A stretch of 64,000 nt of DNA, taken from NCBI RefSeq assembly GCF_964204645.1, contig NC_134027.1:18252560-18316559 (forward strand), read 5' to 3'. This document shows positions 23,201-34,013 of this stretch, piece by piece; position 1 is the stretch's first letter, and every line of letters begins with the position of its first letter. Position numbers and translations under genes: made by a program. Source of the stretch: Tubulanus polymorphus (taxonomy: Eukaryota; Animalia; Nemertea). Below the pieces are notes generated by a model. It saw nothing but the letters and a program-made list of their open reading frames with translations. It ran no database searches and had not been told where the DNA came from.

Positions 23201-24433
23201 GGATAATTGTCTATCCTGTAATTATTTTCAAATGGTTTATAATGTGTTAATCTATAAGTATGTTGAGTATAATCTTCAACTGGGTGAAAACAACTTATAA
23301 TTGTCCATAGAAAACATTTATCATCAGAATATTGTACATTTATAACAGCATTAGTTTTAAATGGTAATTTGATATAACTTGATGCATTTATATTATCATC
23401 TTTATAATATAATAAATTGCTTTCATCAATTGGTTTTGTTTTAGTTAATTTATTATATTTTGTATTATAAACATGTTAAGTCATAAATATTATTTCATCG
23501 AATATTAAGCCAGACCCTTCAAAGTATTTCTCTTCTATTTTACTTTTTATTTCATTATAGCATTTATTTAATTTATCATCTATATGTTGTTTTGAAATAA
23601 TATGTTGTGAATGAGAATTTATATTATATGTTGGTTTATCTTCAGATTTTATAAATTTAACTTTAGCAGATATGCTAATTTTGGGATATTCTACGTCTAA
23701 TTATTTTCATAATATTTTTCATATTTTCTAAATGTTTTTTTATTTTCTTCTAATGTTTTGCCTTTATAAAATCTAAATTCAATAGCAGCTGGTCCAATAT
23801 CACTTTTGAATGCTTCGTTTATTTCTATTCCTTTTTTTATTATCTAATGAATTAATATAATATCTAACATCTTCCATGTATGGTCTTTTATTGTTTAATT
23901 TATTTATCATTCTCTTAATTGTCTTCTGTTTCCTATCATTATCTTTATCAAAATAATCTTCACCTAAGATATCATTATTAATATTTCTAATATGACTTTT
24001 AGATTTTAAATGTTCTTTATAATATCTTTTGTTACTGAATGATTGATAACGTGTATCACATTTGTATATTTCTTTTCCATTCTTTAATTCTTCTTATTTA
24101 GTTTCTAATATAGCATCTTTATATTCTAATTTTATTCTTTTTCTAAGTGAGATTTAGTTTTATTGTATCTTGCTTTTTGAGATTTATCTATATTATCTAT
24201 TTATCCGATTTTACATGTCGGACAGTAGTACTTCTTATTTGCTTCCATTTTAATATCAAATTTTTTATTAAAATTGATTTTAGAATTCATTCATATATAA
24301 AATTTTCATCTATATATGTTATTCATTTATATGTTATTCGTATATATAAAAATATTAGAGTAATTGTATAAATAGGGGTTCTGGCCAAAGGTCGAGAGGT
24401 CGAGCTCGTAAAAAATTAAAATAAATTCTCGCG
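20255..24433 (-). mobile_element. Polinton fragment B: mCP N-terminus, SSB-like gene, decayed pPolB and half of the terminal hairpin
   Basis: Colinear with 12310-17000 of copy A. Many stops, and a deletion near 20968 removes polymerase motif C. Confidence 0.9.
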
Positions 24434-24669
24434 TAACTGAAGAGGTAATTCTAGAAATGCAGTGTGATTGTGCGGTTGGCCAGGGCCCCACCGCCCATTG
24501 TAAACATGTCGGCTGTGTTTTGTTTGGGCTTACCTGCTTTAGTAAAGACGGAACAATTCTAACAGCACTCACATGCACTCAGGTATGATCTAAATTCTAA
24601 TGATAGTGATTTGAATTTGAGCAACTCGACTCTTCCATCATATTTATGTTTTATACTATCTATTTTTCA

Positions 24670-25667
24670 GTATTGCAGACATTCCATTGCGCTAAGCCTC
24701 ATAAAGGCTCACCGGTTAAAGCTTCCAGCCGATCAGCGATAAGAGGAAAAGAAAAACCGATCATCTATGATCCACGACCACTAAAAAGACAAACATTGAT
24801 CGAAGTTCAATAAAATCTTCGGAATTCTATCATAAATTATCAAGGACTCAACCAAAGCAAGGCACGACCAATTCTTCAACTCTATGGACCTGCCAATATA
24901 TACGGTATCGCTAATGACCATGATTATATGGCCCTATCGATGGAAGATGATTTTCTTGATAAAATGCAGGTAATCAGGTGTAATCAGGTGAACTCCAGAA
25001 GCTCGTTTGTAATCCCGCAGCTCTTTTGTAGCCTACTTATATTCATTCGTTCTGTCTTTTACAGCTGGAAACCATAAAACCAGATACAATTTGCCAGAGC
25101 GATATCGAAAAAATTGAACTCGAAACTAGACAACAAAATTCCAGTAGATTATGGGTAAAACAAAGGTCGATGCGTTTTACTTCGTCAAATTTCGGAACAG
25201 TTTGCTAACAGAAAAACGTGATATAGACAAATTATTAAAAGATTTATCTGGTGATAAAAGTTTTACTTCTCTGGCTACCGAGCATGGCACAAAATTTGAA
25301 AGTGTGGCTGCTGACAAGTTTCAGCTTACAACTAGAATTAAATGTTCACCAGCAGGATTGTTCATTTCGGAGAGTAGACCATTTCTTGCAGCATCTCCAG
25401 GTCGAATTATTGATTGCAGCACCATATTGGAAATTAAATATCCATTCAGAGCACGTAAATTAAAGTTTACACCAGCTACAGTACCGTATCTTGAAATGGA
25501 ATCAGGACAGCTGAGGTTAAGAAAGGACAATAACTACTATTACCAGGTCCAAGGTCAACTGAATTGCGTCAAAAAACGTATGTAGAAATTCGTGGTTTAT
25601 ACTTCGAAGGACTAGGTAATTGTTGATATTCCATTTAATTTAGAGTTTATTACTGAAATGCTTACCG
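24670..25667 (+). pseudogene. Second, divergent YqaJ-domain gene fragment
   Basis: IIYDPRP, HGTKFESVA, FLAASPGRII..LEIKYP and YYYQVQGQL. Confidence 0.75.
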
Positions 25668-26668
25668 AGTATATGTATTGGGTTTGATTTTAAACATGGT
25701 AAAGAAATGAGAATTAAACTAAATGATGTAATTACTGATATTAAAAGTAAATCATTTAACAATGCATCAATGATTAATAAAGAAAATTATAATATAGAAA
25801 AAGTAATTGATTTAATTAAAACACCTTTAGAATATTATGAATTAAATCAAGATGGAATTATCGATGATATTAAAGATATATTATCTAAAATATATGATAA
25901 TCATAAAAGTAGTAATGAAATAAATGTTGAAATAATTATAACTAAGATAACTAAATATTTTGAAGATGGAGCATTATTATCGGTTGGAACCGTTGGTTAT
26001 TCAATGGTATTTAAAAAAAGTATTTAAAATGGGAAGTGTTAATGTTGATAGATTTGATATAAATGATATTTTAAAATTAACATTAGCAGTTACTTTATCT
26101 AATTTAACTATTGATAATTTGGAAAAACAAAAATATATTCCTCCTATATAAATGCATAATTTTTTTGTTAAATAAATGGCTTCTGCAATTATAACTATTG
26201 TAGGATCGGCAATAGTTAATTTACTGGTAATTATTGCTGGTAATTTATTTAAGCATATTGATAAAAATGGGTCATTATCAGAACAAAAAAGACATAACTT
26301 AGCATTAGAAAAATATAATAAACCAGCAGAAGAATATAGAGAAAAGAGACGAAATTACATGGATTACATCAATAAAGAATTATATGATAAGAAGATTTCA
26401 CATCGAGATTTTCAATCAGTTGATGAAGCAATGAGTTCATATAACGCAGTAACAAATAAAGAAAAATTACATCTATACAAACCTAAATTATCAGATTATT
26501 ATAGAATACTTAAGATGGAATACAATTATTCATGAAAAAGAAAAAAGGAAGCTTAAATTTTAAAATGCACATTTACATCATATCTGACGCGCAATAAAAT
26601 ATTGTAAATTCTCAATTAAATAGTGTTATGTATTAGATATTTAATTTTAATAAAACTTTTTATAATAA

Positions 26669-27770
26669 ATGGAAGGAGGAATATAATACAAAATCCAAGT
26701 GAAATGATACCAGATATATATAATATAATACCTTATGATGAATACAGTAAGTATTTTGGAGAATACTTTAATCAATTCAAATATAGAATGAGTAAAATAG
26801 ATAATAATATTGAAACAAAAATAGAAGATAATATTGAACCTAAAATAGAAGATAATATTGAATCTAAAATAGAAGATAATATTATACCTTCTACATCGTA
26901 TGATGAGAAGATTGAACCTGATATCAAAACCAAAAAGACAAATGAAAAATATTGTGACGTATGTAAAAAGGATAAAAGTTATAAGAATTGGGCAACTCAT
27001 CTTAATTCACTCAAGCATAAGAAAAATAAAAATAAGACTATGAATGAATTTAATAATGATAGTGAAATTGATAATGATAATGTTAAAGAAGATAAATATT
27101 GTGAAGAATGTGATATAAGTCGTAGTAATTTTTCAAAGCATAAATTAACTCAAATACATTTGGATAATGTAGAAAGAAATATATGTGAAAAGTGTAATGT
27201 TGTTGTATTATCTGAAGATAAAATCAAACATGATAATTCTATTGAACATACAATAAAAGCTATTGATTCAAAACGTCTTTATAGAGCACCAAGCGTATTT
27301 TTTGATGTCGAAAATAATAATCATACGAAATTATATAGATCAATTTTTATCGATTAGGTAAGAAATAATCCAAAACAAGTATTATCAGATATAGAAACTA
27401 ATTGGACACATATAAAAACATTTCCAAGTGATTATTCAGGTATACATTATTTCATAGAATTCAAAAATACAGATTTTTTTACCAGAATTGAAAAAAGTTG
27501 CTGCTAATGATAATTATGATAATAAAAGTGATAACTTTGGTAAAATAATTCATTATTACAGTTATGAAGATTTTTCACAGGATGTTATAAATGAAATAAT
27601 AAATGATGCAAAAAATAAATATAAAAATATAAGTGAAGACAAATTAAACCAATTTATTTATTTAACTTATGAAACGTATGCTAAGAATATGAATGCTGTT
27701 GATGGTTATCATACTAAACTATTAGGTGAAGTTGAAGGTAATAGAATATCACAAGAATTAAAAATTATTT
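26669..27770 (+). pseudogene. Variable-slot multi-Zn-finger gene with (KIEDNIEx)n repeats
   Basis: TAAATG start just after the MCP end; CDVC...HLNSLKH, CEEC...HKLTQIH and CEKC...H; contains a frameshift and a stop. Confidence 0.65.
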
Positions 27771-28123
27771 ATATATGTATTTTTCTAAGTACTAATAAAA
27801 TGAAGATATATTCTTTATGTACTAAAAGTACTAAAGATAATAAAGACACAACAAACACACATAGATGTATTATATATATTTGATTGAAAAATAAATATCA
27901 TAGATTTATTTACCTCACAGATTTATTATTTATATTTGATTCAGCAATGATAAATCTATGTGTGTTTGTTGTCTTTATTGTCTTTAGTAGTTTAGTAGTT
28001 TTAAAAACAATTTTATTCAGTACTGATGAAATAAATATATATTCTTTATGTACTAAAAGTACTAAAGACAATAAAGACACAAGGAGGTATTAATTTGAAA
28101 TAGTTTCTAAAATATTTCAAATT

Positions 28124-28699
28124 TCATTTTATAAATTTATATTCATAGGGAAATTGAAGCCTCAGAAGTAATTTTGAACCTTTATTATTCTTTAATTTAT
28201 TCATATATTCATCATGTAATTCAGTAGGTATAATTTGATATTCTTCCAATGATTGTTGCATAGATTTTCTATCTTTGTTATAAAATAAAACTAAAAATCT
28301 TATATTCTCCCTAAAATCTTTAACAATTGAATTATATTTTTGATTTAAAACCCATGTCGTTATCCCAAAATGTCTCCCAGAGAAAGCTAGATAACATAAC
28401 TCACTCTCTCTAACTTTTGAATCATGTAAATTTGCGCAATCATCTATAATGAATAATGTATTTGAACCTTTATAAATATCAATTGCTATTTTAATACAAT
28501 TATCTAAATTTTCTCTTACTGTTTTAGGATCTAATATAATAAACTTTTTTAACTTAACTATATCTCTATTATCTGTTTTATTCATTTCATAAATGGGGCA
28601 GAATAATATTATATTATCAAAATGATTCTTATAAATAGTTTCTAACAAATCTAATATGATATGTGTTTTACCACAATTGGTTACTCCAGTAACTAACAT
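28124..28699 (-). CDS. A32/FtsK-HerA family genome packaging ATPase
   Basis: Walker A GVTNCGKT, Walker B FIIDDC and GRHFGITTWVLNQ. Confidence 0.92.
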   Translation of the reverse strand: MLVTGVTNCGKTHIILDLLETIYKNHFDNIILFCPIYEMNKTDNRDIVKLKKFIILDPKTVRENLDNCIKIAIDIYKGSNTLFIIDDCANLHDSKVRESELCYLAFSGRHFGITTWVLNQKYNSIVKDFRENIRFLVLFYNKDRKSMQQSLEEYQIIPTELHDEYMNKLKNNKGSKLLLRLQFPYEYKFIK

Positions 28700-28719
28700 A
28701 TTATGCGGTTCAAATATAA

Positions 28720-30031
28720 ATAAATCTTTATTCTTTTGATTTTACTAGATAAAATCCATTCATTAAATTTATTCATCATACCCTTTATATTTCACCAAAG
28801 AATACTTTTTTCCTTTAAGAGTTTTTGTTTTCAATACTTTTTCTATTTTGTATTCTATTTCATCTGGATTTGGTACAAGTGATAATTCTTGTTCATAGAA
28901 ATAACCTAATATTTCTTCATCTTTTAGATCTTCTAATTTATAAACAAAAGGTTAAGTTAATATTATCTCTTTAATCTTGAATATTTCTTCAGTAAAATTT
29001 GGAGTATAACCTTTATAAAATGTTTTTCGATATTTAGATATTCTAACATGTTGTCCTATTTTAAATTTAGGTTCTCCGAAATCATGTGTAACAAATGCTC
29101 CATATAAATTATTCCAAACTATTTCTGAATTATCTTCTTTTCTAGCTTGTATAGGTTTCAAATTTATAGAACTATGTTTTGTGTCGGTATTCCGACACGC
29201 TTCACGGGTAATCGGTTTTCGCGCCTTTTTCAGTGGGCGTTTACTGTACGTTTTGTGATTCAGTCTTACCTCTCTTGTCAAGCTGCACGCACGCACGCTG
29301 TGAGCAGTAAATTATGCTGTACATAGAGTAAATAAAGTTCTGTTATCAAACACCAGCCTAACTCGTCTATATTCTGAGGACTAAGGAGACATGTTTAGAA
29401 TTATTATAACCTTTCACTAAATCATCTAACACATCGATATATTCATATGTTTCATTAGCAGTAAAATATTTCCACATTCTAGTTTTTAATGTTTTATTAA
29501 ATCTTTCTATAATAGATGCTTTTTTATCTGAATGTGTTGAAAAATATTCTACACCGATATCAGATAATAGTTTTTTAAAATGTTTGTTATAAAATTCCTT
29601 ACCTTCATCAAATTGTATCTTACCTGGAATAGCTTCTTTATTATATTATAATATTGATTTAAAAGCATTTGTAACTTCTATACCAGTCTTATTTTTGATT
29701 GGAATTGACCATGCGTATCTACTGAATATGTCTATAACATTTAATATCCAGAAATATCCTTTGTTGTGTTCTTCTAAGTTCTTCATGTCAATTAAATCAG
29801 CTTGCCATTGTTGATCGATATATGAAACCATAACTTTTCTCGTTAAATAAGTTTTATCCATTTTCTTATGGATTTGATATGTTGGTTGATTTTGTAACCA
29901 TAATTTTAATTCACTATATTTTATATTTTCATTATCAGATTTAATTTTATCCCATAATTCCGAAACACCAGAATATGATACTTCACTTTCTGGGTTATAA
30001 TATAAATCTCTTAAATATGTTCTTTTTTCAT
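28720..30031 (-). pseudogene. int: rve integrase with C-terminal chromodomain, interrupted by a solo LTR
   Basis: QWQADLIDM, IIERFNKTLK, KFKIGQHVRISK..FYKGYTPNFTEEIF and LVKYKGY. Confidence 0.9.
29180..29391 (+). mobile_element. Solo LTR (212 bp)
   Basis: TG...CA ends, 5-bp TSD TGTTT (29175-29179 and 29392-29396), internal AATAAA. Removal restores the integrase frame YNNSKHSSI. Confidence 0.85.
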
Positions 30032-30037
30032 CTTATT

Positions 30038-30388
30038 TTAATCCATTAATAATAATTTAGATTTAGTTTCAGTGATTTTTTCATTTGACTTATTTTCTGG
30101 TATAATAGGTTTATCATCAGAATCATTATTGTTATTAAATTTTGATTTATATATTACACCGGAGAATATAATAATTGTGATTAACCCAATTGTAATATAT
30201 AAGTAATTATTTCTTTCACTATTAGAAGAATCAGATGGATTGTTATTTGAATTAATATCAGGTGATTCATTTATATCAGTTAATTTCTTTTTCTTAGCTT
30301 TTTTAAATTCTGCAGATCTTTTACCTAATTCCCTTGCCCATTTAATTTGTATTTCAGATCTAGGCTTCTTCTTAATATCATCACTCAT
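30038..30388 (-). CDS. Single-TM protein (116 aa)
   Basis: Homologue of 4584-4952. Confidence 0.75.
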   Translation of the reverse strand: MSDDIKKKPRSEIQIKWARELGKRSAEFKKAKKKKLTDINESPDINSNNNPSDSSNSERNNYLYITIGLITIIIFSGVIYKSKFNNNNDSDDKPIIPENKSNEKITETKSKLLLMD

Positions 30389-30990
30389 TTATTTTAGTTA
30401 ATTTTTGTTCCGATTCATTTTCTGTTTCACCGTGTGGGGGTCGTACGGCACCATCTGTTTCGTTCTTACCTGATTTGTATTCTATAGGTTTGATATTCGA
30501 AAATGTTATGACACCAGTAGAAATTAATGTCATAACCGATCCTAATTGGAATGAAGCGTATCAAACCCATTTTTGTAATTCAGTCATAACTAAGTAGTCA
30601 TTTTTTAAATCACTATATAATTTATTTTCAACATCAATTGGTATAATCCGTTTACATAACTTAGAGTAACATTTTATAATACCATCACTTATAGAGTCAT
30701 TTATTCTAGCTAATCTTGACTCTTCATAAATCTTAAAATATTTTATTACTTTATCTGGTTTCATAGAGTCTAATTCTTGAAAAGTTATTATGTTCCCCAA
30801 GAAATCCTTAGATTTCCCGCCGGCAATTAGTAATTCCAGATGGTGCTTACAATATAAGTAGTATTCATAATCAATATTACAATCAATATTATTTTTAATT
30901 TTGGTTGGAATATCCTTATTATCACTAATGCACAAATCATCTAATGTTTTTTTTCAATATCGGTATTATTCTTACTCGATTTCTTTGACA
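30385..30990 (-). pseudogene. Homologue of the 197-aa protein, frameshifted with a premature stop
   Basis: Shares CNIDYEYYLYCKHHLELLIAGGKSK with 3998-4591. Confidence 0.75.
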
Positions 30991-31253
30991 TTTATATTAG
31001 AGAAAAAAGCGAAAAAAAATATTATAAGTATTATAAAATGATACTAATAACTCTTTAGGTTAATACTTAATTGACTAGGTTAGTTAAAAATAAAGAATTT
31101 TTATTCAAACCCATTCAAAATCTATTTAATCTAGTGTTAACAAGAATTGCAAAAGGAAATATTAAAAATATAATAGAAATAAGGATAGTTTAAAGTTGAT
31201 AGTTGATAGTTATTGTTTTTTTTTATTATATTTTATTTGAATTCTATTATTCA

Positions 31254-31976
31254 TTAACCACTTATTAAAGACTCAACGTATTGTTCATTATTTGGATCAT
31301 TGTTCCATAATTCAATAAATTTCTTTGCTTTATCCAGTTGATCCAAATATAACCGTAAATCTAGTTTATTAGATTTAATTATATTTTCTTTCTTTTCTAA
31401 AGGTCTTAAATTCTGCCAGCTCCAGATTAATTTCTGATTGTGTTCATCATTCATGTTGAATTTAGATATTGGTAAAACGTGATCAATATGAAAATAATCT
31501 CCATAATTATCTATATTCATTTTTAAATTGAACTGATATATAATCCATGATTTATCTGTACAACCCAACAAATTAGATAGTGTAACTGAATGGTTTTCTT
31601 TAATGAATAATTGTGATAATCTAGTTCTTAAACATTGTTTCAATTTAAAATTAAGATCTGTTTTGTATCGTTCTCTCATATATTCTGTCATATAATCACG
31701 GTTATCTTTTTTCCAATCTCTCATGTATTCTAGATTATTTGCTCGCCATTGTTTTTTCAATTCTTTACATTTTTCTAGATTATTTATATAATATTGTTTA
31801 ATATTTTGATTATGGCAGCTTTTGTAGTTATGACGTAAACCATCATTGCCAATCTTACGTTTATAATAATCTGTAAATGGCTTACTTTTTTTACATTTAC
31901 AACATGTCTTCTGATAAATATTTATAACACCAGCGTTATTTGTAATATTAATAATTTGTGGCTGTTTACTTTCCAT
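31254..31976 (-). CDS. HNH-like endonuclease (240 aa)
   Basis: CCKC N-terminus, HIDHVLPISKF...NLRPLEKKENIIKSNK; TAAATG start. Confidence 0.8.
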   Translation of the reverse strand: MESKQPQIINITNNAGVINIYQKTCCKCKKSKPFTDYYKRKIGNDGLRHNYKSCHNQNIKQYYINNLEKCKELKKQWRANNLEYMRDWKKDNRDYMTEYMRERYKTDLNFKLKQCLRTRLSQLFIKENHSVTLSNLLGCTDKSWIIYQFNLKMNIDNYGDYFHIDHVLPISKFNMNDEHNQKLIWSWQNLRPLEKKENIIKSNKLDLRLYLDQLDKAKKFIELWNNDPNNEQYVESLISG

Positions 31977-32812
31977 TTATAGTATATGAATTTGTTTATT
32001 CTATTTGAAATCTATTTGATAATTTCCGTCTGTTCATCTTCGACTAACATCATCCTTTTTCATTCCTCGCTACTGTTGATAAGTCATTTCGCCTACAGAT
32101 TTACACAATACATATACAAGTATGTTCGGTCGTTTCATCCAATACATCATTTGATTTCTATATATAAAATTTATATTTACAAACATTTTTTCAATTGCCG
32201 GTAAATATTTAACTACATCAACAAATGTTAAACTTATCATTTGAATTGGAGTAGTCTAAATGTTTTTGAAATTCTTATATAGTTTCTTCGTCGATCTTTT
32301 GTGTTTCTTGTGCTTCTACGCCAATTTCTATTGGTTCGATATCCATTGCTGTCTATTCCTCAGAAAGAGTATCTTGGTTTCTCTATCGCTTCTTGATGCG
32401 TATGACATTTTATTAATCTAAAGGATATTAGTGGTAACTCTAGCTATCTAAAAGATATACTAAATACACTTAAATATATTTAAAGGTTTCATATTTAGTA
32501 GCCCCAATAACAAAAAAAACAGTACTTACATTTAGATTTAGAACTGTAACTCCTAATTGTGTTTCGAGAGATAATATCCTATGCGTTCTGTATTACGTCT
32601 GTTTGAGAAAGCAGTCTCTGGTTCAATGTTAATACGTCTTGTGAATGTACTATCGCGTACAAAACTGCCGGTTATTTGAATAACAAGCACCATCTGTCAC
32701 CGTTTGCAGTAAAGGATCGTTAATAATTCCGCGCGTAAGTTGGCGACAGGTGTTCTAGATAACAATGGGTAGTATGTATATGACTCAATCCTTATCTCAC
32801 ACTACTATGTCT

Positions 32813-33124
32813 ATCTAAATGTGTTCTAGTTTTATTATGTCTTGCTTTTTGGGATTTATCTATATTGATTTTACATGTTGGACAGTAGTACTTCTTATTT
32901 GCTTCCATTTTAATATCAAATTTTTTATTAAAATTGATTTTAGAAGTTATTCATTTATATGCAATTCATATATATGAATATTTTAAGAGTAATAGGGAGA
33001 ATAGGGGTTCAGGTTAAAGGTTGAAGGGGTGAGTGAGTAAAAAATAAAAAAATAAATTCGAGCGTGCGAGAATTTATTTTTCATTTTTTATGAGCTCGAC
33101 CCTTCGACCTTTGGCCTGAACCCC
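32813..33124 (-). mobile_element. Polinton end fragment D: pPolB start plus terminal hairpin
   Basis: MEANKKYYCPTC start at ~32908; hairpin at 32988-33124 with the outer tip missing. Confidence 0.85.
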
Positions 33125-33822
33125 AGACTTGTCATCCCCATAGTCCAGGGGTCCAATTGATAAAAATTGTTTTAAAGAATTCCCGGGTGCGAAATAATTT
33201 GTTTCAGGTAGAGACTATTGAACCCCAGAATTTTGGTCCCCAGAGTAGTGATACGCTCCCTAATACAGAAGATCACAACCCCTACAGAACACTAGTGTGG
33301 TTTTACTGAAAATTTTCATTGAACTTTCATCTTTTCCTGATCTCGGATCCCAGTCATAATATACAGGTGCATTGCAGTTGTGACAGCCTCTAGGTTTCTT
33401 TCATCAAATGATGAATCGTGACCATTCTTTGCTTAAAAATACCAATTATGTATGGGGTATGGTGTAAATATTTTTACAGATGATTTTCTGGTTTCATATT
33501 TTGAAATGGAAATTTGTAGTTGATTAGTGGCCACGGTTAAAATTGCAAGCAGTGCAAACCCATTTCATATCACTGATTATATACGCCTTGATTATATAGG
33601 CCATAGACAGGTTACTTGTTCTATGCATATGGAGCTTCAGTGGTCAATATTCATTAGTAACAATAATTTAAAACACCTACCTCTTCCAGCACGTCCTCTT
33701 TAAGCACCTCTTTAAGCACGTCTTCTTCATTTTATCGAAATCTAGCTGAAAGAAAGAAGGAATATATTATACATACAGTCCTCGTTATAACGCCACTATC
33801 GGGACCAGATTAATTTTGGCGG

Positions 33823-34013
33823 TACAGTCTTTATAACACTATAATTGGAAGCCAGATATTCTATTCAGATTGTGTTACAAGTGAAACCATGTTATAAAGG
33901 GATTGTTTTTGTTCATTTTCTTATAAAACATGAGTTTAGGGAGCCATACCATGAACGTGTTACACTAAAAATCCTGTTATAGTGGATCGTTGTCATAATG
34001 AGATTACACTGTA
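33823..34013. mobile_element. Possible Tc1/mariner-pogo-type MITE remnant
   Basis: TA-CAGT...TTATAAC at the left and ...ATAATGAGATTACACTG-TA at the right; degenerate. Confidence 0.35.

Larger units (their letters stand above)
25668..32580. mobile_element. Polinton fragment C, inverted relative to A, with internal deletions
   Basis: 113-aa, 73-aa and 140-aa homologues, MCP tail (~26503-26630) and variable gene on +. ATPase, integrase, TM protein, 197-aa homologue and HNH on -. Confidence 0.9.

Noticed and set aside
25668-33124. C and D as one element ending at 33124
   Set aside because: D is a pPolB-side end whose orientation is incompatible with C's gene order, and ~230 bp of unrelated DNA separates them.
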